Positions 38,174 to 49,037 of a stretch of 64,000 nucleotides of DNA are shown here, piece by piece (the first letter of the stretch is position 1; each line of letters opens with the position of its first letter). The translations under genes and the position numbers were made by a program. Origin of the DNA: Centroscyllium fabricii (lineage: Eukaryota); NCBI GenBank assembly GCA_051313645.2, contig JBNRSN020000017.1, positions 19,902,001 through 19,966,000 of the forward strand, read 5' to 3'. A model generated the notes under the pieces. It was given only the letters and a program-made list of their open reading frames with translations, was not told where the DNA came from and did no database searches.

Positions 38174-38872
38174 TGCCCCGGTTTCACTGGAGGCTAAGAA
38201 TGTCAAGAATATCAAGAATCGTCACGTTTCGAAAATCGTGGCGATTCGGCAAAAAATGCGAAAATTCGTGGTTGATTCTTGGCGATTCTTGGTTAATTCT
38301 TGGCGATTCTGGACAAATTTACGAATCTATCACGAATTATTGTAGGAATGAGGTACGAATCACTCACGAATATGCAGAATTAATTTACGAATCCACTACG
38401 ACCTCCACGATGAAGTTACGAATTCTACGAATTATCTACGAATTGCATTCGTAGTGCATTCGTAGTGCATTCGTGGACATTCGTGGACATTCGTGATGAA
38501 TTCGGTGTGGTTCCACGAATTTGTGAAAATCAAGAATGCCCAAGAATAGGCAAGAATGCACTACGAATCGATTACGAAGCCGTTACGGACGGTAAGAAAG
38601 GGTAACGAACGATAAGAAAGGGTCACGAATTGTTTACGAATCTATCACGAATTGGACATTCGTGAACCCTCCCACGAAATTTTTTGACAAACAAAAACTT
38701 TCTTGAAAACTGAAAGAAATCACGCGAACTTCCGCGAACTCTACGAATCCGCTACGAATCCACTACGAATCAACCACGAATCAACCACGAATTGCAAGAA
38801 TTACCCACGATTCGGACAAATTTCAGAGTCGGGACGATTCGGCAATTCGTAGCCTCCAGTGAAACCGGGGCA
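38174..38872. mobile_element. Harbinger-type MITE with dense ACGAAT repeats
   Basis: 23-bp perfect TIRs TGCCCCGGTTTCACTGGAGGCTA with TSD TAA. Confidence 0.9.
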
Positions 38873-40022
38873 TAAGGTGCTTCCAAAGTGTACTTGGTGG
38901 TTTTACGCATTTTGTTGACATCAACTGCCACCGGTGCTATTGCCAAAAGCCAAATCAGAATGATCCATACTGATACACAATACCATCACTAAAACCTACA
39001 CCTGCACTGTAATCACTAAAAATTTGGAGAACTAGAATTACTTGAAAACTTGTGATTATAAACATGTACACATAAAATATAAACAAATGGATTTTTGGAA
39101 GGAAGGTATGAGGCTGTAATTGAATAAAGGGATTCCTATGACAGCTAACCACAACTATGAGAGTTTTTGGTTAATGGGTCTCTCGATTTTTTTATATATT
39201 AATCCTACTTTCCAGACACCACAGCAATATAACTGGGGCCCTCACCAAAATAAACGTTTATAAAAAAGATAAATTAAAAAGATATTAAGAATGTAGTCTC
39301 TTTTATCAAATTTTCACTAAGAGAGTGTGATGTATAAATACTGCTGTGTACTGAAACTCATTAGTTACAATATGGAAATCATTTGTGACCACATGTTAAA
39401 AATGCCAACTCCAGCATTACATCAACAAAATGGCATCCTGGATAGGAATAGTCAAGAAGATAAAATGCAGATGATCATGTTTTCTCCCCTCCTGTTCGGA
39501 AGGTGTTAATTTATGCCCCCGAGTTTGGTTCCATCCGTGCCGACAGCTCTGCAATAACTCACCTTAAATCATTCTTCGTGCACATACCTACACAGCGAGT
39601 TTGGCAAACCATTCAACTTCGAGGAGCATCACAGCCAACTTCAAACTTATCCTCACATAGCACATACTTTCCCCGCACAGGTCACTGGATAGCAATCAGC
39701 AGTGGGCAGTCCTGGGTGACTTATTTTCTTACCTTTCGCCTGGCGAGCTCAGAGATTGCCACTTATAAATAATATGGAGATTTTAAAACACTGAAGTGTT
39801 TACAGATACACTCCAGCCATTGTTCCATGGCACATCACCAACATCAATAAACTATTAAAGCAGGACTTCAATTTTTCACAAAATTACAAAAGGCAGGCTG
39901 TATTTTTTCCTATATGCCCATGAAGCAAATTAATGTACAAACACAAGCAGAGCTTCACCTTTACAACTAGCACAGACTTGCAGCTCGTTCTTATTCCAGT
40001 CACTTTGTAAATCATTACTTAC

Positions 40023-40109
40023 CCATCTCCTTGGAAGCTTGGCTGTCGCTGGCAAGTTCACCCATTTTCACCAGTGCCTCAAAATAGCCTTTTGCTGCAA
40101 AGGTCACAC
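40023..40109 (-). CDS. BAIAP2: BAIAP2 coding exon 3 (-SVTFAAKGYFEALVKMGELASDSQASKEM-G), IMD/I-BAR domain
   Basis: ttccag|GT GTG ACC TTT GCA GCA AAA GGC TAT TTT GAG ... GAG ATG G|gtaagt; 87 nt, phase 1-1. Matches human GVTYAAKGYFDALVKMGELASESQGSKELG. Confidence 0.96.
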
Positions 40110-41065
40110 CTGGAATATTGAGATTTTAGAAACTGTATTTGTAGATCGGAAGCTTAAAATGCTGGTGTACTTTAGCACCAAATAACCATTATAATTTACC
40201 ATATATTTTCCTCTTCTTTTGAACATTGTCAGTATATGTCGTCAAAATTTGACACTTCTACATTTTAAAGTAGCAATTTGGGATTACAAAATTTATTTTG
40301 GCAGTCTTCAAAAGAAAAGAGGAATATTTATGCAACATTTCAATGAGATTCTTAGGTTTCTACCAAAGATAAACTGGGAAATGGAAGAAATGGAAAAAAA
40401 TGAGAGCAAAGCAGCCAGTGATAGCAACTGTATTTCTAAACAATTTTGATACAGGTTTTATGAATTATAGGTGGGATATATATTGATCAGAGGATAGTAG
40501 CTCAAATAAAATCAAAGCATAGCAAGTTGTACATCGGTCTACTCACCATCATCTAGCAATCACATGTACAATTTGCAAAATAAAACACTACTTATACATT
40601 TAGATTTCTGTAACAAAAATATAAGCATGGCAGATCAAATTTTCTTTCATAATACATTATGTATGTGTTGCACATGCAAGGCTGTAGAGGGGATACAGCA
40701 GAATAGAACAAAACAATTTGGAGTACCTGAAGGGCTTCAATTAAACTATTATTGTTTTTGAAGTTTGATTTTGTTTTGTTTTTTAATTATTCCGGTGTAG
40801 TATTTACTGAACTCTTTAGAAAATACAAAACTGTCACGGTGAAATGAATCTGAACTTGTATTTAACAGGAGTTACGGCATCCAACCTTAAGACAGCTTGC
40901 CATTCATCACTGTCAATTTCATGTTTCCATTCATCTCACTAAGATGAACTGCAACCAATTTCAGGAAATGACTATTTCTTTGAAACAATAGTTTTAAAAA
41001 TCCAATTATCTAACCTAAATAAAAGCATCAAAGTTGAATTAGATTCTGAAGCGTACATTACCAAG

Positions 41066-42780
41066 ATCTTGTTGTGCAAGGTCCCTTGGGTCGGAGCGAT
41101 CATAATAAGATAGAATTGTTCATTAAGATGGAGAGTGAAGTAGTTGACCCTGCTAGGGTCCTGAATTTAAATAATGAAAACTACGATAGCATGGATGAAC
41201 TACAGAATTTGTTCATTCCAGTTTGGCATAAAAATAAAACAAAAAAGGTGACTCAACCATGGCTAATTAGGGATAGCATAAGATCCAAGGAGAGGACATA
41301 TAAATTGGCCAGAAAAAGCAGTAAACCTGAGGATTGGCGGAAGTTTAGGATTCAACAAAGGAGGGCAAAGGGATTAATTGATGGGAAATAGAGTATGAGT
41401 GTAAGCTTGCAGGGAACATAAAAACTGACTGCAAAAGTATTTATAGATATGTGAAGAGAAAAACATTGGTGAAGTTAAGCATAGGTCCCTCGCAGTCAGA
41501 ATCAGGGGAATTTATAATGGGGAACAAAGAAATGGCCGATCAATTTTTGGTTCTGTCTTCACAAAGGAGGACACAAACAACCTCCCAGAGTTGTCGGGGA
41601 ATATAGGGTCTAATGAAAGGGAGGAACTGAAAGTAATCAGTAGTTGTAGAGAAATGGTGTTAGGGAAATTGACGGAATTGAAGGCCAATAAATCACCAGG
41701 ACCTGATAATCTACATCCTAGGGTACTTAAGGAAGTGGCCCTAGAAATAGTAGATGCATTGCTGGTCATCTTCCAAAATTCGATAGACTCTGGAACAGTA
41801 CCCATGGATTGGAGGGTAGCTAATGTTACCCCACTGTTCAAAAAAGGTGGCAGAGAGAAAACGGGGAATTACATCGGTAGTGGGGAAAATGCTAGAGTCC
41901 ATTATAAAAGATGTAATAGCAAAGCACTTGGAAAACAGTGACAGGATCGGACAAAGTCAACATGGATTTACAAAGGGTAAATCGTGCTTGACTAATCCAC
42001 TGGAATTTTTTGAGGATGTAACTGGTAAAATAGATAAGGGAGAACCAGTGGATGTGGTGTATTTGGACTTTCAAAAGGCTTTCGATAAGGTCCCACATAA
42101 AAGGTTAGCGTGCAAAGTTAAGGCACATGGGATTGGGGGCAAGGTATTGACTTGGATAGAGAACTGGTTGGCAGACAGGAAGCAAAGAGTTGGAATAAAT
42201 GGGACTTTTTCCGAGTGGCAAGCAGTGACTAGTGGGGTACCGCAGGGATCAGTCCTTGGAACCCAGCTATTCACAATATATATTAATGATCTAGATGAGG
42301 GAACTAGATGTAATATCTCCAAGTTTGCAGACGACACAAAGCTGGGTGGGCATGTGTGCTGTGAGGAGGATACCGAGAAACATCAGTCTGATTCGGACAC
42401 GTTGGGTGATTGGGCAGAAACATGGCAGATGCAATAGAACGTGGATACATGAGAGGTTAACCACTTTGGTGTCAAAAGCAGGAAGGCAGATTACCTGAAT
42501 GGCAATAAATTGGGAGAAGGGGAAGTGCAACGAGACCTGGGTGTCCTTGTGCGCCAGTCGCTGAAGGTAAGCATGCAGGTGCAGCAGGCGGTTAAGGCGG
42601 CAAATGGTATGTTGGCCTTCGTAGCGAGAGGTTTTGAGTACAGGAACAAGGATGTCTTGCTGCAGTTGTACAGGGCCTTGGTGAGACCACACCTTGAGTA
42701 TTGTGTGCAGTTTTTGGTCACCTTATCTCAGGAAGGATGTTCTTGCCATGGAGGGAGTGCAGCGAAGATTCACCAGGCTG
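41066..42780 (+). mobile_element. Degenerate CR1 ORF2 fragment (end of EN, RT), lacking the 3' tail
   Basis: LDFQKAFDKV, GVPQGSVLG and FADDTKL motifs; frameshifts and deletions. Confidence 0.93.
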
Positions 42781-43120
42781 CATTCTCAGGTGCAGCAGCC
42801 ATCTGCTTTCTGCTGAGGAGAGAGGTCTTGGTGAGCCTGTGTGCAAGGGCTCACCTTAGAACAGAGATTGTCAGTGTTTGACAGCTTCGCAAAGCTTTCA
42901 AAAGCTGACAATTCATCCGTCAAAGAATTGTCAACAGATGAAGCGTCATATGCCGACCTCGTGGGTCACTGGCTTTCCCTTAACTGGCCGTTAAGCCCAC
43001 AGTTACAAGGCCAATCAAGGGAAAATAGCGTGGGTTCATCAGACGTCGCTGGGGGTGGGACTAGAACCTGGAAGGCAGCAATCCCGCCCCCAACTTGTCT
43101 CGGCTGGCAAAATCCAGCCC
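42781..43120. mobile_element. Harbinger-type MITE right half
   Basis: Ends ggcaaaatccagccc. Confidence 0.5.
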
Positions 43121-43194
43121 AGGTTGTATAGGCCATCAGAAGAGAGGCCATACTGATTTTTAAATTTACAGCTGTGATCAGCACTATAGTTATG

Positions 43195-43592
43195 GACGAC
43201 TCGGTGGCGTAGTGGTTAGCACTGCTGCCTCTCAATAAGGAGCTCCTGGGTTCGAATCCTGCTTGGCCTGGGACACCTCTGCGTGGAGTTTGCATGTTCT
43301 CCCCATGTTCGTGTGGGTTTCCTCTGGGTACTCCGGTTTCCTCCCATCATCCAATGACATGCAGGTTAGGTGAATTGGAGATACTAAAAATTGCCCGTGA
43401 GTATGTGTGTGAGATATAGTTCTTGGAGTTGGGGGTGTCGGGGGATATGGGGAGAGGGTAGGGAGGGGCTGGGGGGGGGGGGGGGGGGAGGGCTGGGTTT
43501 GGAGGATCAGCCATGATCTCATCAAAATGGTGGAGCAGGCTCGAAGGGCCGAATGGCCTACTCCTGCTCCTATCTTCTGTGTTTCTGTGTTT
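43195..43592 (+). mobile_element. V-SINE, divergent subfamily
   Basis: tggcgtagtgg / ggttcgaatcc boxes, V domain and CR1 tail. Confidence 0.85.
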
Positions 43593-43762
43593 CCAGGCTC
43601 ATGTGACCAAAAATTTATTTTATTTAGTGTACACTGGCACAAGTCCAGGTACAGTACAATCACTATGAAATAGAAAAGGCACAGCAATTATAAATTTGGA
43701 TCTGTACCAGGGTTTGTATTCTTACCTAAAGCGGTATGTGTAGATACCAAAATCAGAGACAC

Positions 43763-43920
43763 AAAGCAAAAAGCAAAATACGGCAGATGCTGGAAAACTG
43801 AAATAAAAACAGAAAACGCTGGAAACACTGCCGGTCAGGCAGCATCTGTGGAGCGAGAAAGGCAAGGTTAACGTTTCAGACTCTGATGAACGGTCATAGA
43901 CCTGAAACATTAACCCTACC
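43763..43920. mobile_element. Penelope family B inverted fragment with a hammerhead-like core
   Basis: ctgatgaacggtcatagacctgaaacattaac plus an inverted arm. Confidence 0.6.
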
Positions 43921-46774
43921 TTACTCAACCATCAATTTATTGTACTCTAGAATAGATTTTCAGCAAATTGCCACAGCTGCCATGTGTCCAAGGTCACTGG
44001 TTATTTATAGTGGTTTGTGTACCAATGCAACAAAAACAAAAAAAAATCAATGTAAAAGGGGTTTTTGACCTGTTGAATGTTCAAGAATACTCTCAACCAA
44101 TATAAAAACATTAGGGATAAAACATACTCAAGTGATTGTATCATTTTTGTTGACCTTTATAGCCTGTATTTTAAAATAATTCAAAGCCAGAGTTCTCTTT
44201 CACAATACATATCCCAGTCTTATAGCAATGATGCATGCTGCCACTTACTTTTAAAGATGGTTTTTAAAAACAAAAATAAAGAAAATGATTCCAAGCAAAT
44301 TACAACCAGTTATAAAAGACCGATAAAAGAGGAATATCAGATTTTAAACCGAGTTCCAAATATTTGTAACATGCAGAGATTTTATATGCTCCATTATAGC
44401 TGTATGAGCAGGACAGGAAGTTATTCACTTCTCATTTCCACTGAACTCAGAACATTGTCTCATGGGACCACAACTCTTAAATGGTTTTGCAAGTCAGTCT
44501 CAAGGAAACTAATGTTAATAAATTAAGCCAAACGTATCTTTTCAGTTACTGTGGAAACTATTTCTCTAAACAGATTTGTGTAAAGTTAAGAGATCAGCAG
44601 AAATGAATTAACTCCACATTTTTGACAATTCAGTACAGTAAATTATAACGAAATTATTCTAGATCACTCAGACTATGCAATAATATGAATATTTAACACA
44701 CAGAATGCTACTTAACCAAAAAGGGAAGACCACACTCAATTTAACTTCAAGGTGTGGACTTCCCCTACCTTGTTGCTCATTTCCACACAATCTCCTTCCG
44801 CCTGGAGAGTGGGTTAGTTAAGACCATGGCCTTCACCACTCTGATTGGCTGACAAGGATCTTCCGAGAGGCGAGACAGAATTCTTTTTGTCTTACTTTCA
44901 CATCTTGACGGGATGAAATGTTTTATTAGTGCAAGATGTTTCTTAACTTCAAAAGAATATTGTTGAAAACACTGGGCTGAAAGAGCCTAATATCAAGCAG
45001 CCCTAGGATTTGAACCAGAGTCAGCGATCAGTCTTACCACTGCACTACCAGGACGTCATATTCAGAATTTGCTTTTCAAGTAGCCCATGAACTACTTGCA
45101 TTTCTTTGTAGCGCAAAAGTAATTTACGTTTATCTCTACAGCACCTATTTACCGAGTCACATAGTACTGGTACTGCATATACCAGTGCTTTGTATAAGTA
45201 ACAACGGAAGTATTCATTACAATGAAAAGGGCCATATAAACAAAAATTCAGGGCTCGAATTTAATGCTAGCTGACTAACCTGGTGTTAATGAGCCTTCAC
45301 ATGTTGTCAAGTCAGCCTCAATTACCAGCTGAATATTGCCAGTAAGGATATATATATATATATATTTTTTTTTTAAATCACAGCTCAGCATGCCAGCATT
45401 CACTCTCCATTACTGTGGTGGCTTTTTCAAAAAAAATCAAATCAATCTCAGTAATGGAATGAGGTGGTGGAGCAATAATAAAATGCAGCTTCCGTACATG
45501 CACGAATATACTTCGATTCACTGCACATACGGTATGTATTTCTCACCTGTTCTAGCTTTCTTGATCCAGATTTTCTCTGCACCCCTGTGGCCTGAGGTAA
45601 TGATCCAACAAGGTTTGAGAAAAAACAGTAACAGTAAAAAAAAACAAAATTTAAGATGGTGTTCCCAGCAGAACTAGTGACAGCTACAACCACTAGTAAA
45701 AATTTACCATGGAGAGCCATTTTTATGTCGATGTTGTTTCAGTTTGGATTCCAGAAGATCGGCATCCATGAATCGGTTCCTGCCTCCAACACGGATAAAT
45801 CTGTCTCCCTTAACCTGATGGCAGACCTGTAGACTCAAAATATTGGAGCTACGAGCCTGTCATTAAGAGCAGGATTTCAAAGCGTCAATGTCGGAAACGC
45901 GCTCATTAAATCCAAATTAAAACAATGGCAATATAAAAGCAAGTTAAGAAAGATTTAGATTCGAGCCCCGAAATTACATTACAATTTTTTTCTGTATTAA
46001 AATCTGAGAATTAGTATTTTGGTGACCTCCCATAGTGCCAGTGGAAATTTCAATTTGACTAGCATTTTGTAATTTTTACGAGTAAATGTGCGACCACAAA
46101 TACCAGGTCTAACACTGAATCAAGTCAAAACGGATACATTGATTTCACTTTTGCAATATTTACCATTAAAGTAGAAAAAAAAACAGGTTGAGCATTAGTA
46201 TCTCACTAGAGTTACGACAAATGCTTTATAGCTGCCTGCATATACTTTAAAAATGCTTCTACTGGCCCTTTTTTTTTTTTTAAATGACTTCAAAATTTGC
46301 TGAACTCATTAATGGCTCGTCCGTAGAACACTTGTCAGTAATAATGATCTATGCTATTAGTTTAGTTGCTAACAGTAGGACCCTGGAAATTAAACACAAC
46401 CACACATTTGCTTGTCTATTTAAAATTTGCAGTTTAGTTCATGCAAACAGATGTTTTGGGTCAATCCGAATTAAGATACCAATGGACACCATTCTCTGTA
46501 CCTTAGCCGGTGCCAAAGAAAGTCAGTCTAAGAAATGCATCAATGAATCCTGTGGCTGCAACAAAGGCTCCAGATATCAATGTGTCTGCTGTGAGATACT
46601 CTGGCCATGGCAGAAAATCGCACATGGTATAAATGCTAAATCTAGATCTTGCTGACAAGATGTGGGATCCTTTGATGAAAGTGTCTCACCTATTGTTCAG
46701 GTGATGAAAGACTGGAGAAAAACATTTCCTTGCACATTGCAAGAATTATTTTTAAGATGCATTAAGTTTTACGT

Positions 46775-47030
46775 CACAGAATCTTACACCACAGGAGGAG
46801 GCATTCGGCCCATCATGCCTGTGCCAGCTCTTTTGAAAGAGCGATCCAATTCGTCCCACTCCTCTATCTTTTCCCCATAGCCCTGCAAATTATTCCATTT
46901 TCAAGTATATATCCAATTGCCTTTTAAAAGTCACTACTGAATCGGTTTCCACTGCCCTTTCAGGCAGTGCGTTCCAGATCATAACAGCTCGCTGCATAAA
47001 ACAATTTCTCCTCATCTCCCCTCTGGTTCT
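46775..47030 (-). mobile_element. Old CR1 3' fragment
   Basis: RRNCFMQRAVMIWNALP...FKRQLDIYLK. Confidence 0.75.
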
Positions 47031-47172
47031 ATTACCATGTCTCTTTGAACCAAGACTTATTACAGCCGTTGAACCTTTACTACATTGTATAGTTGCACCC
47101 ATTTTACACAATTATTATTGCTTCATTAGTATTATACTCAATGACTACTTGATATAGGGGATTCAACAATAA

Positions 47173-47715
47173 CTCATTGAGACGTATAAAATTCTGAAAG
47201 GTCTGGACAGGTTAGATTCAGAGAGAATGTTTCCAATGGCGGGGGAGTCCAGAACCAGGGGCCACGGTCTAAGAATAAGGGGTAAACCATTTAGGACAGA
47301 CATGAGGAAGAATTTCTTCACTCAGAGAGTGGTGGGCCTGTGGAATTCCTTGCCACAGAGGGCAGTGGAGGCCAGTTCATTAAACATATTCAAGAGGGAA
47401 TTGGATATATTTCTTCAAGCTAAAGGGATTAAAGGTTACGGAGAAAAGGCGGGGACGGGGTACTAGCTTGCTAAAGATCAGCCATGATCTCATTGAATGG
47501 CGGAGCAGGCTCGAAGGGCTGAATGGCCTACTCCTGCTCCTATCTTCTATGAACTTTCAAAAGGGAATTGGATAAATACTTGAAGTGGGAACATGTGCAG
47601 GGCTATGGGGAGAGGAGGAGGAGAGCGGGACTAATTGGAGGGCTCATTCAAAGAGCCGGCACAGGCACGATGGGCTGAATGGCCTCCTTCTGTGCTGCAT
47701 CATTCAATGATTCTG
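47173..47715 (+). mobile_element. Young CR1 3' fragment (47173-47552) followed by an older CR1 tail
   Basis: Near-identical to 31096-31552; a second tail starts at actttcaaaagggaattgg. Confidence 0.9.
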
Positions 47716-48595
47716 TGACGTGCACTTCACAGCTGCTTCGACATTGCTCTGACACCCACCTCAACGCTAGCCGCGGAAGAGACTCTCAACTGAAAAAGAG
47801 CAACTGTTCCACTCACTAAACTGACTGCAGCCTCTTCAAATGAGAAAGAAACTAGTTATCAAATGAGAAGTTCAGTTAATGCATTTGTATTCTTTATAGA
47901 TTAAATTGTGACCATGTAAACTCATTTGGCCAATGACCTGCTTACAGCCATCACAGTGGAGACTTTTAATAAATCTCAACCGAAATGTACTGATCATTTT
48001 GAGCCCCGTTTTCACTCACCAAATTTGCATTAATCGGCTTATCCTCTCCACCCCATTTTTCACCTACCTTTTTACGAGTGTAATTTTTTTATTTTTTTTT
48101 AAACGAGGTATTTTTGGTGAAACATCAACACAAGCAAACAGACTCACATACACTTAGCCAGTAATTGTCAGAATGAGCACACAGAGAAATCTTGCAGACT
48201 CACAAGGAAGCAACCCCAACCCAAAAAAAAAAATTCCCCCAAAGGAACCCACCCTACTTAGTGCCACACGCAAATATTTAAGTAGGCAAAAAAAAAAGTT
48301 GTTTAACATAACTCAGCAACATTCATCCAAATCCAGATGTGAAAAGATCAAGTGGACCACATCACTTGATGTGTTCCCTTCCAGAAAGACTTTCCCCCCA
48401 TCCTGCACTGCTAAAGGCATGCACTCTAAAATGTCTAGAAGTATACTTTCAGAAACTCTACTGCTCACTGAAACAAACAGAAAATGGCGTTTCCTCAGCT
48501 TTGCCACGCTGCTAAAGCAATTTCACTAGCACGTCAAAGTTACATTCCAGGCAGCAGAATCGGTGTTATTAAAATAGCCTTCTTGCTGGCTCTAA

Positions 48596-49037
48596 GGGCT
48601 GGGTTTTCCCGGGTCCCACCCGCACGGTGTAGGGAGGATCCGGGAAGCAGCAGGAAACCCGGAAGGTCAGATTTCCCGGCACGCTATAGAGTTTTAACTC
48701 CACAACATGCGTGCGACGGAAAGGGCGGGTCAGATCACTGACCCCCCAGGGGACGGGCAGGCTAATGGTGGGGGAGCTCGGGTGGGGGGGGGGGGGCCGG
48801 GAGAAAGGACTCCTGCTCCTCCCGGCCCACAAGCATTGCTCCCCGAGGCCGAGGCTGCCTCGTTGCAGCCACCGGAATCGCAAGCGCCGGGATCCCCGGC
48901 CGCCTGCAGTAAAACCTGCAAAATTGGTTAAAGTAGAGACTTTAGGCCGCATTATATTTAAATTGCTGTCCCGCCTCTTGGCAGCAGGTTGGCAGCCCGC
49001 GCCCCCCATCCTGCCTGAAAGGTGAAAGTGGGCAGTT
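48596..49037. mobile_element. Harbinger-type MITE left half, truncated by CR1
   Basis: Starts taa|GGGCTGGGTTTTCC; GC-rich. Confidence 0.55.

Noticed and set aside
1-40022. BAIAP2 exon 4 (DVLFQMAEVHRQ...)
   Set aside because: Not found by eye; it probably lies beyond the left edge, and TBLASTN would settle this.
43721-43760. Second AG|GTAAG juxtaposition in intron 2
   Set aside because: Weak polypyrimidine tract, next to a Penelope fragment, and in a shorter intron.
44077-44526. 149-aa AT-rich ORF
   Set aside because: No recognisable domain, antisense within an intron, and consistent with chance.
42781-49037. MITE halves at 42781-43120 and 48596-49037 as one rearranged element
   Set aside because: The TIRs face outward and I see no shared TSD or internal continuity; independent truncations are simpler.
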